Source: Octopus vulgaris (lineage: Eukaryota). From it: a stretch of DNA of 64,000 nucleotides. The position numbers and the translations under genes were made by a program. The first letter of the stretch is position 1; each line of letters starts with the position of its first letter. The notes beneath the pieces were generated by a model. That model searched no databases, had not been told where the DNA came from, and saw nothing but the letters and a program-made list of their open reading frames with translations. Positions 50,840 to 63,281 of the stretch are shown here, piece after piece. The stretch covers positions 75,082,001 to 75,146,000 of the forward strand of contig OX597824.1 in assembly GCA_951406725.2 (NCBI GenBank), in the 5' to 3' direction.

Positions 50840-50842
<3 letters not shown>
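50404..50842. mobile_element. Inverted (tail-to-tail) dimer of family H1 around a (TA)n spacer
   Basis: 50404-50585 (+) and 50659-50842 (-); hammerhead-like motif at 50457-50494 (CUGUUGA...GAAAU) and a decayed one at ~50749-50787. Confidence 0.8.
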
Positions 50843-50874
<32 letters not shown>

Positions 50875-51934
50875 TGGGTTTGTGTGTGTGTGTGTGCTTA
50901 TATATTTTTGTATATACATATTATATATATGTAGAAAGAAATTAGAAAGCTTCTGACAATGCAGAAAGTTCAAGCATGATCACAGCTTTAAAGATGAAGC
51001 AATTTTACGAATTTAAAACCTCCATACTTCAGGTGCAAAGGCCCGTCTTCAGAAGAAAAACAGTCTGAGAAATGTCCAGTTATGTAGGCCCTGGAGATTT
51101 CACAGATGGGCTTTTATGCCTGAGATATAAAGATTTTATTAAACTTTCTGCATTGTCAGACATTTTTTTTTCTCTTTCTTTTTACCTTCCTCGGTATTAC
51201 AATGCTTCAAGTGAACTACAATTCTCTTATGTATGTATTTATATAAGTAAACTTGTTCTCTGGAAGTATTTAAAAATCCCTGCAATTTTATAATAATAAT
51301 AATAAAAATAATAATAATAATAGTGATGAAGATGACGATGATAATAATAGTTCTTGTACATCTAACTTTCCTACCAATAGGAACAGATTCTAAGTGCATC
51401 ACAGTTAATGAATGACTTATCTCAGTACATATATATGTGTGTGTGTATATATATATATAAATATGTGCATGCATGTCTGAATGCACACACACATGCATAT
51501 ATCTACATATGTAACTATATATTTATGCATATATTTACACACATTCTGACTCACTCTCTCTCTCCCTCACACACACATATATATGCACACATACACACAC
51601 ACAAACACATATATACACACACACACACATATGCATATATATATACATACGTATATTTGTGTGTGTATTTATATATATATATATATATACATACATACAC
51701 ACAAACACACACACACACACACATATATATATATTTATATATATATATACATGTACATACATGTATTTTAAGTATACACAAATGCTGTTCTGTCAAAACA
51801 GATTTTAAAAAATCCCTGCAATTTTCTCATAATAATAGTGGTAATAATAATGATAATAATAATTATTATTTCATAATATTAGTGATTTTTTTATATTAAT
51901 ATTAATAATTATGATAATAGTAATAATAATAGTA

Positions 51935-51978
<44 letters not shown>

Positions 51979-52183
51979 CCCCATCCAGGTGGAAGAAGAG
52001 AGAGAAATTAAATGGCGCTTTTATTTTCTGGTGTTTTCATTATTTTTTTTTTTTTGTGTGTGTTTTGTTTTCCAGATAAAATGTAGAATTTCACAAGGTC
52101 AGCACAGCGGAAGGTCACATCAGTTGACCTTTCAACTTTGCATCATTGGAAGCAGCTCGTCAGTATTTTGTCATGTTTGTTGG

Positions 52184-52209
52184 TTATTGTTGCAACCAGT
52201 CCATGAAAT
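52184..52209 (-). CDS. Candidate terminal coding exon of an unidentified host gene
   Basis: Minus-strand acceptor TTTCCATTCTTCTCGTTTCAG then (D)FMDWLQQ* in one frame (or FHGLVATITNKHDKILTSCFQ* in another), in non-repetitive sequence; no homology recognised. Confidence 0.25.
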
Positions 52210-52285
52210 CTGAAACGAGAAGAATGGAAATGGTTGAGTGAGATGAAAAAAAACAAAATTACAGACACTTGTATACACACACGCA

Positions 52286-52332
<47 letters not shown>

Positions 52333-52339
52333 GCACATA

Positions 52340-52720
52340 CTCTTTACTCTTTTACTTGTTTCAGTCATTTGACTGCGGCCATGCTGGAGCACCGCCTTTT
52401 ATTCGAGCAAATCGACCCCGGGACTTATTCTTTGTAAGCCCAGTACTTATTCTATCGGTCTCTTTTTGCCGAACTGCCAGGGACGTAAACACACCACCAT
52501 CGGTTGTCAAGCGATGTTGGGGGGACAAACACAGACACACACACATATACATATATACGACGGGCTTCTTTCAGTTTCCGTCTACCACATCCACTTACAA
52601 GGCTTTGGTCAGCCCAAGGCTATAGTCGAAGACACTTGCCCAAGGTGCCACGCAGAGGGACTGAACCCAGAACCATGTGGTTTGTAAGCAAGTTACTTAC
52701 CACACAGCCACTCCTATGCC
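52340..52720 (-). mobile_element. SINE B, full length
   Basis: Consensus match. Confidence 0.9.
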
Positions 52721-52765
52721 TAATATATATATTCACATAGACATACCCTTAGTTTTCTGCTTTAA

Positions 52766-52985
52766 TCCTTTAGCATTAAAAGCAGTAATATCCAGCCCAA
52801 ATACTCCACCTGTTTTATGTACAAACTGGTCAGATTCAGCTTCTCATACTTACCCTGCAATGTCATTCTAAAAGCAAGCAATCACATCTTTGAAATTTCA
52901 GAGCTACATAATAATACATAATTAGTTTTTAAAAATGTAAATAAATAAGCATTACATTTGGCAGAGTAATCTGAATGCAAATGGG
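52766..52985. mobile_element. piggyBac-like MITE (family of 27802-28323)
   Basis: TTAA|TCCTTTAGCATT ... AATGCAAATGGG|TTGA; homologous body in reverse orientation. Confidence 0.7.
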
Positions 52986-53477
52986 TTGATATATATATTC
53001 CAGTTCAAATCCTGTTGAGGTTGGCTTTGCTTTTTGTGCTTTCAGGGTCAATAAAAAAAGTACCAATCTGTAATGGTGATTCAATGGAATTTCCTAACCA
53101 TATGGTTTCAGGTTCAGTTCCATCCATTCATACTTCGGACAAGTGTCCTCTCCTATAGCTCTGGGCTGAACAAATCTTTGTGAATGGATTTGGTAGATAG
53201 AAATTGAAAGAAGCCCTTCATGTGTGTGAGTGTGTGAATTTCTTATTTCTTATCTTTTACTCATGTCAGTCTGCGGCCATGCTGGGGTACCACCTTGATG
53301 GGTTTTAGTTGAACAAATCGACCCCAGGACTTATTTTTTAAAGCCTAATACTTACACAATTGGTCTCTCTTGCTGAACCACTAAGTTACAGGGATGTAAA
53401 TGTACCAACACCAGTTGTGAAGTAGTGATGGAGGGACAAACACAGGCACAAAGACACAGACATACACACACACACAC

Positions 53478-53519
<42 letters not shown>

Positions 53520-53527
<8 letters not shown>

Positions 53528-54700
53528 CATCCACTTGTGACTGAGGAAGACCATTGCTGACTTTCAGGAACATTGTGCATTCTAGGACTAACTTATATTT
53601 TGCATTTGTCGGTCTGTTAGGGGCTAAGAAACTCAGCTATGACAAGCATACACAACTGCAAACATTGCAGACCAAGCTTTCTCTATTCACTACACCACCA
53701 GTGCGCTTTCTAGCAGCACAATTCAGTTCTTCATGCTGAATATGTGCTCTCTTAAAAGTGTCGACCCCCTCCTTAACCTGCTTCCTCCATCTGTGGTGAT
53801 GACATGCATTGCTCTCCCAGTCAGTCTCCTGCATATCACAGGCCTTTAATGAGAACTTGACACAGTCCTTAAATCGCAGCCTTGGTTTCTGCCAGGGTCA
53901 CTTTCCATTCACAAGTTCCTCATATAGCATCTGCTTAGGGATCCTGCTATCCTTCATTCTAATAAGGTGTCCAATATAACTGGTGCTTGTGGACCATCAC
54001 CTCAATACTCAAGATATCAGTTGCCTTCAGGACTTGTGTGTCTAGAATTTTTAAGGTCCAGCCAACATTCAGAATGTGTCTGAGACATCTTTGATGAAAG
54101 CGTTCAAGGACCCTTACATGACGTTTGTAAAAGGTCCATGTCTCACATGAGTAAAGGAGTGATGTCAGTACATATGCACAGTACACAGCAATTTTTTTTG
54201 TGTTTGCCTCGTGATGCCATGCTGGGACCAGACATGAGACTGAGGAGACCAGAAGGAATCAGTTACTCTCTGCAGCCTGAAGATATTCCATCATCCAGGG
54301 AGCAAGAACGGCTGAGTGTGCTGCCCAGGTAGATAAACTTATCTACCACATTCAGAATTGTTCCTTCAACCAAGATAGCTGGTTCCACATATGGATTTCC
54401 TGGTGCAGGCTGGAACATTACGACAGTCTTGTCCAGGCTAATGCTAAATGCTGAAGTTCAGTGACTAATGGCTGTAAAGCACTTTGCCCACAATTTATTG
54501 CTACACAGAGAACTTTCTGCTGTGCAGCAAAATCTAGTCCTTGCCCACCATAGTATTGTAAAATCACCACTGCAGCGATCTTTCAGGAAGATGCAGAACA
54601 CTTGCTGGGATGATCTTGCTCATGATGTTCAGGCTTCTGCTGATGCAAATGACAGCAGGAAGCTTTACCATCTTATGAAGCAAGGTTTATGGACTTAAGA
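53520..54700 (-). mobile_element. RTE (BovB-like) LINE, 5'-truncated with inverted 5' segment
   Basis: Minus strand: ISLDKTVVMFQPAPG, VDKFIYLGSTLS, VLTSLLYSCETWT..LERFHQRCLRHIL, CNVCSCVCLS; plus strand 54460-54700: RKMQNTCWDDLAHDVQASADANDSRKLY. Confidence 0.88.
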
Positions 54701-54949
54701 GCTCCACATAGATAGACACAAAGAAGATGATTATTTATTTTCAAATGCAGAGACACCATTAGAACAACAGAAACATTAGGTAAATTACTCTTACAAAGGA
54801 AAAACATTTGTCAACAAACTGCTCTTTTAATGCATCTCTGCATTCAAAAATAATTATCATCTTATTTGTATCTATATACACATTCCAGTGCTTATAAAAA
54901 ACAAAGGTTAGTTTGTTTATATATATATATATATATATATTTAAATTTA

Positions 54950-55345
54950 CTGCCACTTCAGTAAATTATTTCCTGCAGTGTCATTTTTTTCCGGTAATTT
55001 AGTGCGCCAATACGAAAACATTTGAATAGTAACCACGAGTGTAATAGGTAGAACTATATACAGATCTGACTTTGTGCGGACGTCCTAGTATATAGTTCTG
55101 CAAATTATATTCATTTGGACGGTCACACCGAAGATCTACAGACATTTACGTAAGTAAAATTACGTAATATGTAATAGTGAAACATGTATGTGAATAATCC
55201 ATATTTTTATTGCTTTTCTTTTGTCTTGCTTGATAACATTTTGGTTGTTTGCTAAATTTTTCTTGAGAGAATTTCTTAGTGGTAAGACCATAGCAGATCT
55301 ACTTCTAGCATAAGGGTGTCCACATAGTGGTTATCCCTCTCATAT
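54950..55345. repeat. Family G monomer
   Basis: Homologous to 4815-5410 and 56299-56852. Confidence 0.65.
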
Positions 55346-56053
55346 GCATATATATATATATATATACATACAACAAGCTTCCAGACAACTTCTGAATATC
55401 AAATTCTTAAATCCTTTCACAAGGCATGGTAGGCTCCAGGCTGTTATAGAAGATACTTGCCCAGGGTGCCATGCAGTACGACTAAACTCAAAACTACATT
55501 GATAAAATGATAACAGAGAATAGTAAAAATAAATTCTTTATCAGATAGAAAGCAATTAAAAGAATTAAAATTTCAGACTCCTTCATGATTTCCAACCACC
55601 CTGTATCTGCTTGAGGATACTTTCCTCCCGTCTCTCCTTTCTTCCTTCCTTTTATTCCCCAAAGCTCTGTAGAACAATAAGTCATGGATATTGCCATTCT
55701 TTCCTGAATAAAAGATAAAAATCATAAGTGCAGCAACTGAGTGCTTCCTGCATTCATGCACATTGGTGCATCTAATTGGTTACTTCAACTGATGTGCCAA
55801 TTTGTCTGTCACAGAAGAGATAACGTAATGATAAGTCTCTAAAAAAAAAAAAATTTTTTCTAATGAAATTCTGTAGAATTAGGTTTCAAATAGAGTAAAT
55901 TGTGATTGTATGGATAAATTTAGAAAAATAGTAGCATATATTTTATACAAGTATGCAAATGAGAAATTTGTTTCATCCAATTTTGTTTCAAGGTAGTATT
56001 TTTTAAAATTGTATTTTGAAAATTAATATTAATTCCATCCTTTTGTATGAATA

Positions 56054-56084
<31 letters not shown>

Positions 56085-56263
56085 ATCTAGTTTCAGCTCA
56101 CGAGCTGTGGCCATGCTTGGACACCGCAATACTAAGACATTTGATAAAAGTTAAATATAGTGATTGTATATATGGCATATTTCCTGATATTACCCATTGG
56201 CAGAAAAGTGTACTTTCAAAGTTAACCAACATATGCTCTAGAGCGTATATGTTGATATATATC

Positions 56264-56295
<32 letters not shown>

Positions 56296-56298
56296 CAC

Positions 56299-56852
56299 AC
56301 ATAGCAGATCTACTTCTAGCATAATGGATATCCACTTAGTGGTCATCCCTCTTATATGTATGTAATATAATTTTTCTGAATCTTCAGATTTTAAAATGCT
56401 AGACCATTGGTTTTAAATTGATATTAATCAAATTAGTATTCAATTTTTCACCCTTAATATTTTTAATTTAGATTTAAATAATTATGTTCTCTAAGTGGCA
56501 AAATTCACCGCAGAATTATCTCTGGTATTTTAGTGTGCTAAAACAAAGACTAACCCCAAATGTAAGTGGTAGAATTGTATACTTCTTCAATCTCATGTGG
56601 ACGTTTTGTATATAGTTCTGCAATCTATATTTTGCTATGAGCTATGGACAATTACGTAAGTAATTTGCTTAAGTGTTAATAGCGAAACTAGTTTCTGATT
56701 AATCTATATTTTGTTTCTTCTCACTTGTCTTGCTCCCTTACATTCTTGCATTTGCTAAATTTCCTTGAGAACATTCCTTTCTTAGTGGTAAGACCATAGC
56801 GGATCTACTTCTAGCATAATGGATGTCCACATAGTGGTCATCCCTCTTATAT
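56299..56852. repeat. Family G monomer with ~60-bp terminal direct repeat
   Basis: CATAGC.GATCTACTTCTAGCATAATGGAT.TCCAC.TAGTGGTCATCCCTCTTATATG at both ends. Confidence 0.75.
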
Positions 56853-56888
56853 GTGATATATATATCTATATCTATATCTATATATATA

Positions 56889-56937
<49 letters not shown>

Positions 56938-56964
56938 ATATTTATGTATATACATGAATCTGAG

Positions 56965-57280
56965 GGGTTAGTAGCCTGCACTCTTATGGATAAGAATGCG
57001 AGCTGCTAACCCCCGGGTTCTGAGTTCAATCCCAGGCAGGGATTTGGGAAAATAATATCAACAAACAATAACATCAGCAAAAAAAAGAATACCTTAGGAA
57101 TGAGAACAGAGTACCCCATTAGTCAAATAAAGGGTTGGGTTTGAAATTCCACCAGAACACCTCATGAAGGCTGGAGAGTACATCAACTGAAATGTTGTGG
57201 TAACAACAAACAAGGTGAGGACATCTACCCGTCCATTGTAAATGATGTACATAATTCTCCATTTCAAAAATATAGAATAG
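56965..57280 (+). mobile_element. tRNA-headed SINE-like element with Penelope pLTR-type tail (decayed hammerhead)
   Basis: B-box-like GAGTTCAATCCC at ~57022; 57135-57270 is homologous to the reverse complement of 15855-16000. Confidence 0.55.
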
Positions 57281-57304
57281 TAACACACACATACACACAT
57301 ATGA

Positions 57305-57465
57305 TGGGCTTCTTTTAGTTTCCATCTACCTAATCCACTCACAAGACTTTGATCGGCATGAGGCTATAGTAGAAGACTCTTGCCCAAGGTCCACATAATG
57401 ACACTGAACCTGGAACAATGTGGTTGGAAAGCAAGCTTCTTACCACACAGCCATGCATGTGCCTA
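57305..57465 (-). mobile_element. SINE B head, diverged
   Basis: Consensus match. Confidence 0.75.
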
Positions 57466-57929
57466 TGTATAAAATAGAGAAATTAGACAGAAATCTGAAG
57501 ATGTACACACACACTAATGGGGTTGGATTGGAAAAGCAAAAGCTCCAAAAAAAAGTAGAAAAAAAAAACACATACACAGAAAATGTGATTGAAATAAGAG
57601 ACGAGATTTGATTTCAAAAACAATATTGGAATTATGATATGAAGGTAAAAAAAAATAAGTGAGGATGTGGAAAAGGGAAGAAAAAAACGTAGCAAAAATC
57701 AATTCAAAGTTAGAGCTATAATTACAAGCAATTAAAGACAAAAATAATTAAAATCAGAAGTTGTATGTATAAACTATAAAGTAACTGATGGGAAAACATA
57801 AAGAAAAACTCAACAGAAACTCTATGAAAAAAAATTTTGCCAGGATCAAATCTGATAGTTGGAAGGAACCAATGGAGGGAGCAAGAATATATCTGACATG
57901 TTCAAAATATTACTATTATTATTATTATT

Positions 57930-57991
<62 letters not shown>

Positions 57992-57998
57992 TAATAAT

Positions 57999-58590
57999 AG
58001 ACAATATGTCGGCATTATAAAATCAAAACCGCTGACAAATGGTATAAACACCATCCTAAAGCTGTGACTGAGGGAGAAAATGTGTCGATTCTCATGGACT
58101 TCGCCGTACATACCAAAAGCTAAGAAACCGGATATTATTATAAAAGATCAGACAAAAAAGGTGTGTTTACTAATTGACATGAGTATTCCTTGCAATCACA
58201 ATATAGCAGCGAAAGAATTTGACAAGATCAGTAAATATACAGACTTGCAAATAGAAATTGAAAAATGTGGCATCTCAAGGTGACTACAGTACCAGTGATA
58301 AAAAAAGGTACTGAAACCTATTTGAAAATTATACCAGGCTTACCATCTCTACAGGAGGTGCAAAAAAATCGTGTTAACTGGAACGACTCATGTACTGAGA
58401 AGAGCATTATTGCTGTGAAAACAACATCCATTCATGAATTTATTTATTTATTAATTTTCTTAAATACATATTTTACCTGCGAATTTGTGTGTGCAATTTG
58501 GGAATGCATACAATGAGCTTCTCTGCCCTAGGTGTATGGGAAAATACTTGGCGAGAAACGGAAGAAAATTTGAAGAAGGAACGAAAAAAT
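57999..58590 (+). mobile_element. R4/Dong LINE 3' end, copy 1 (frameshifted)
   Basis: KKPDIIIKDQTKKVCLLIDMSIPCNHNIAAKEFDKISKY; flanked by (AAT)n. Confidence 0.9.
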
Positions 58591-58620
58591 AAATAAATAA
58601 TAAAAATAATAATAATAATG

Positions 58621-58651
<31 letters not shown>

Positions 58652-58654
<3 letters not shown>

Positions 58655-59367
58655 TTGAAACAGTAGACCACCTAATCTCTGGATGTAAAGTCTTAGCACC
58701 AGTGGAGTATAAATTAAGACATGACAGAGTTGGCCAATATCTCCACTTGCTAATAAGTCGGCATTACAATATCAAAACTGCCGACAAGTGGTATAATCAC
58801 CACCCTGAGGCTGTAACTGAAGGAGAAAATGTAACCATTCTGTGGGACTTTCCAGTACATACAGACCGAACCATCAAGGCCAATAAACCAGATATTGTTG
58901 TGAAAGACCAAAACAATAAAGTTTGCTTATTGATCGACATGAGCATCCCCTGTGATCATAATATCTCAGCGAAAGAGTTTGACAAGCTCAGAAAATATAA
59001 AGACCTACTCATTGAAATTGAGAAAATGTGGCATCTCAAGGCGGTTACAATACCAGTGATCGTAGGAGCACTAGGAATGATCAAGAAGGGAACCGAAAAT
59101 TATATGAGAATGATCCCTGGCTTACCATCCCTGCAAGAAGTGCAAAAGATTGTCTTAACTGGTACATCACACGTATTGAGAAGAGCATTGTCGATGTGAG
59201 AACTGTTGCTGCTCATGTATTTTAATTTAACTAAAAAAAAAAAAAATGAACGAACTACTGAGTTTGGTTTAATGGCCTACCAATATACACTATGAGTTTA
59301 TTTGCCCTAGGAGTCGGGAAGACACTCGGCAAGAAATGGAAGAAAATTTGAAAGAAGAAAAAAAAAA

Positions 59368-59368
<1 letters not shown>
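58652..59368 (+). mobile_element. R4/Dong LINE 3' end, copy 2 (open restriction-like endonuclease domain, ORF to 59199)
   Basis: ETVDHLISGC (CCHC tail), YKLRHD, ILWDFPVHTD, KPDIVVKD...IDMSIP, KEFDKLRKYKDL, IPVIVGALG; flanked by (AAT)n. Confidence 0.93.
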
Positions 59369-59401
<33 letters not shown>

Positions 59402-59689
59402 TAATAATGATAATGATAATAATGATAATAATAATGATGATGATGATGATGATGATAATAATAATAATCTTTTCTACTATGGATGGACATAAGGACCGAA
59501 ATTCGTGATGGAGTGGAACTAGTTGATTATATTGACTCCAGTGCTCAACTGGTACTTATTTCATCAACCATGGAAGAATAAAAGGCCAAGTCAACCCTAC
59601 TGGAATTTGAACTCAAAACAAAAGACAGACTAAAAGCTACTAAGCATTTCATCTGCCATACTGATCCCAATAAATGATGTGGACAAATT

Positions 59690-59805
59690 TTTTCTCTACA
59701 GCAAAAGGTTGAAAAATCAAAGAAAATATACACCGGTGGAAGCTGTGTTGTTGTAGACCATGGGTTTGGTGTCAATGAATCTACCATTCTTTCCATTTTA
59801 CAAAG
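59690..59805 (+). pseudogene. Possible pogo/Tigger CENP-B-type HTH fragment
   Basis: LQQKVE...(frameshift)GGSCVVVDHGFGVNESTILSIL resembles the K.E.....G......A..YGVNESTIRSI motif. Confidence 0.45.
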
Positions 59806-60486
59806 TGTATGGAGATATTTCATTTATCACTCTGTCATTTATCACTATATTTTTTTTTTTAGAACCAAACCTTTGTGATAAACGAGGATAAATGTAGTTC
59901 TGAATTCTGGAACATTTCCTTATATAAAATTACTCACATGTATGGTCACTGTACCATTTTGCAATCCTTCACAATGTGCCAAAATTGTCTAGATTTAATT
60001 TTGAAATCACCATTTTTTTTTGTTAATCTATATCTTTTTTTTTGTTGTCTGCTAATTTTTGTTTTATATATTTAGTCCATTTTTGTCTTTTATATATATT
60101 TTGTTTTATTATTTTGTAATTTTTTTTCAGTTATTGATTTGTCTTTCCTTTTGCCATTTTATAATAAATAAACAAATGGTTGGTTTGATTTCCAAAAAAG
60201 CTCTGACAATTCCATTTCCGACCTGTCACCCAGTGGCAGATTACCAAACTCTTCTATGTTCCTCACTCTCTCTCTCTCTCTCTCCTAAATTCTATCCTTT
60301 CCTCCTTGCTCTCCCCCTCCAACTAATATTTGCTCTATTTGTCTCAATCAGTTGATAATGAAATTAGTTAACTTGTTCTTGAGGCTAGATGATCAGGATT
60401 TTCATAAGAAATTCAGCCAAGTTGATTATTTCATTAAGCTACTTACTATATGTGTCTGTGGGTGCATGTGTATGCGTGTGTGTGTT

Positions 60487-60609
<123 letters not shown>

Positions 60610-60709
60610 ATTATTATAATTATTAGGGAATATTACTTCCAAGTACACAGGAAAACGACATTCAAATTAGAAGTACTAAAATGAGCATCTCCCAATGTTT
60701 AATTCATGT

Positions 60710-60932
60710 AGCTGGCAGAAACGTTAGCACGCCGGGCGAAATGCGTAGCCGTATTTCGTCTGTCGTTACGTTCTGAGTTCAAATTCCGCCGAGGTCGACT
60801 TTGCCTTTCATCCTTTCGGGGTCGATAAATTAAGTACCATTTATGCACTGGGGTTGATGTAATCGACTAAATCCCTTTGTCTGCCCTTGTTTGTCCCCTC
60901 TGTGTTTAGCCCCTTGTGGGTAGTAAAGAAAT
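60710..60932 (+). mobile_element. SINE A
   Basis: Consensus match. Confidence 0.92.
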
Positions 60933-60944
60933 ATATATATATGT

Positions 60945-61130
60945 AGTTTCAGAGATAGAACCACCTTCAACTCTATCAACACTGAAAGATTTTATACCCA
61001 ACCACTCAATAAAATGTTAAATATTAAATCTTATACTAACTATATCTATTCTGAATCCCGTATTTACCATTTATAAGACTACACGTGTTTCAGTGTTGAT
61101 TGAGTTGAAGGTGGTTCTGTCTCTAAAACT
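60945..61130. mobile_element. Small MITE with ~43-bp TIRs in a (TA)n context
   Basis: AGTTTCAGAGATAGAACCACCTTCAACTCTATCAACACTGAAA / TTTCAGTGTTGATTGAGTTGAAGGTGGTTCTGTCTCTAAAACT. Confidence 0.8.
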
Positions 61131-61499
61131 TCTTATATATATATATATAATTGGTACTCCATTGGTTATGGTGACGAGGGTTCTAGTTGATCCAATTAAC
61201 AGAACAGCTTGCTCATAAAATTAATGTGCAAGTGGCTAAGCACTCCATAGAGATATGTACCCTTAACATAGTTCTCAGGCAGATTCAGCATGACACAGAA
61301 TGTGACAAGGCTGGCCCTTTCAATTACAGGTATGACTCATTTTCACCAGCTGAGTGGACTGGAGCAACTTCAAATAAACAGCCTAGCTCAAGAACACAAG
61401 GCGTTGGCAAGAATCGAACTCACAACCTTCTGATTGTGAGCCGATTACCCTAAGCATTAAGCCATGCACCTTCAAATATATATCCTATTGGGTGGCGTT

Positions 61500-62420
61500 T
61501 AAGCTAGTATATAGCTTTTAAGCAACTGACCCTGAATGGGAAGATCTACAAACAGATCTTTGACTCATTTTGGAGAATTTGTTGCAATTGCTTCCTGGAG
61601 TCATATCCCAATGTTGATCAAATTCGTTGCAAAAAATCATGTCAAAGAATCGCCAAAAAGCAATCACAATAATGAAAACATAGAAATCCAGAATTTCAGG
61701 ATTGGAGGTCCACATTCGACCCAGAATGTTATTAATTTACTCATGGTGCTGGCCTCTAGATTATGAAAATTGTTATCGTACAAAAAAATTTGTCACAAAA
61801 AGTCACGAAAAAATTGACAAAAACAATCGCAGTAACGAAAACTTGGGAATCCCAAATTTCAGGATTGTGGGTCCGAATATGACCAAGAATGTTTTTAATT
61901 TACTAAGGAGTCAGCCTGATTCTAAAATGGTAGGATATATTGGGCTACAACTTCTAAGAGTAAAGTTGAAAAAGTGTGACACTTTGACATTGACATTTAT
62001 TATATTAGCATGCCGGGCGAAATGCTTTGTGGTATTTTGTCTGCCGTTACGTTCTGAGTTCAAATTCCACCGAGGTCGACTTTGCCTTTTATCCTTTCGG
62101 GGTCGATTAAATAAGTACCAGTTACGCACTGGGGTCGATGTAATCGATGTAATCCGTTTGTCTGTCCTTGTTTGTCCCCTCTGTGTTTAGCCCCTTGTGG
62201 GTAATAAAAAAATAAATAGGTATTTTGTCTGCAATTAGGTTTTGAGTTCAAATTCTGCTGAGGCCGGCTTTGCCTTTCATCCTTTCAGGGTCGATAAAAT
62301 TCATACCAGTTACATACTGGGATCGATATAATTGACTTAATTCCTTCGTTTCCAGCAGAAAGGATTTGCTAAAATTGAAAAAGTGTGATACACTGACATA
62401 CACATTTATTATATTAGATA
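61500..62420 (+). mobile_element. Helentron/HINE-like non-autonomous element with ~163-bp internal repeats, interrupted by a SINE A dimer (62005-62345)
   Basis: AATTTCAGGATT at 61692 and 61855; duplicated 3' end AAAAAGTGTGA.AC...ACATTTATTATATTAG at ~61970 and ~62378. Confidence 0.5.
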
Positions 62421-62869
62421 TGTTTAATTTTAGGGAAACTTTATTTCAATTAAAGTGTATTTTATATGTGTGTGTGTATGTATTAAAAAAAGCAAAAAAT
62501 AAAACAAATGGCAAATGTAAAAAGAATTCAGTATGTTGGTTCAGTGTTCAGTATGTTGGCCACAGGAATTCCTGTCAAAGAGACATGGTTAAACAAAGTT
62601 GTACATTATCTCCCTCTTTCTCTCACAAACCCACTCTTTCTTTCTCTTATTAATTACTCCCACTGCCACCATCAACACTACTACTTTCAATAAAACATCA
62701 TCAACTCAACCTAAATTTCTTTGTCTCTCTTTCTCTCCCTCTCTTTTTCTTTCTCTCTCTGTATCTGTCAGTCTTCACCATTGCCCTCACTGTCTCTATG
62801 CCTATCTCTATGTGACAGACTGACAGAAATTAGTTTTTGCATTTATTATATCAGATATATGTGTGTATG

Positions 62870-62906
<37 letters not shown>

Positions 62907-62907
62907 A

Positions 62908-62949
<42 letters not shown>

Positions 62950-62950
<1 letters not shown>

Positions 62951-63220
62951 TCATCATCATTTAACATCCGCTTTCCATCCTAGCATGGGTTGGACGATTT
63001 AACTGAAGTCTCCAATCTTTAACTGAACCAGACTCCAATCTGATCTGGCAGAGTTTCTACAGCTGGATGCCCTTCCTAATGCCAACCACTCCGTGAGTGT
63101 AGTGGGTACTTTTACGTGCCACCGGCACGAGGGCCAGTTTGGTGGTACTGGGAATGACTACGCCCAAATGGTGCTTTTTACATACCACCTGCACAGGAGC
63201 CAGTCCAGCGGCACTGGCGA
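62950..63220 (-). mobile_element. SINE-like family E
   Basis: Homologous to 31562-31800. Confidence 0.75.
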
Positions 63221-63244
63221 TATATATATATGTATGTATGTATG

Positions 63245-63281
<37 letters not shown>

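Noticed and set aside
58618-59199. Host gene of 193 aa
   Set aside because: The start lies in (AAT)n; the sequence is a 5'-truncated R4/Dong endonuclease domain
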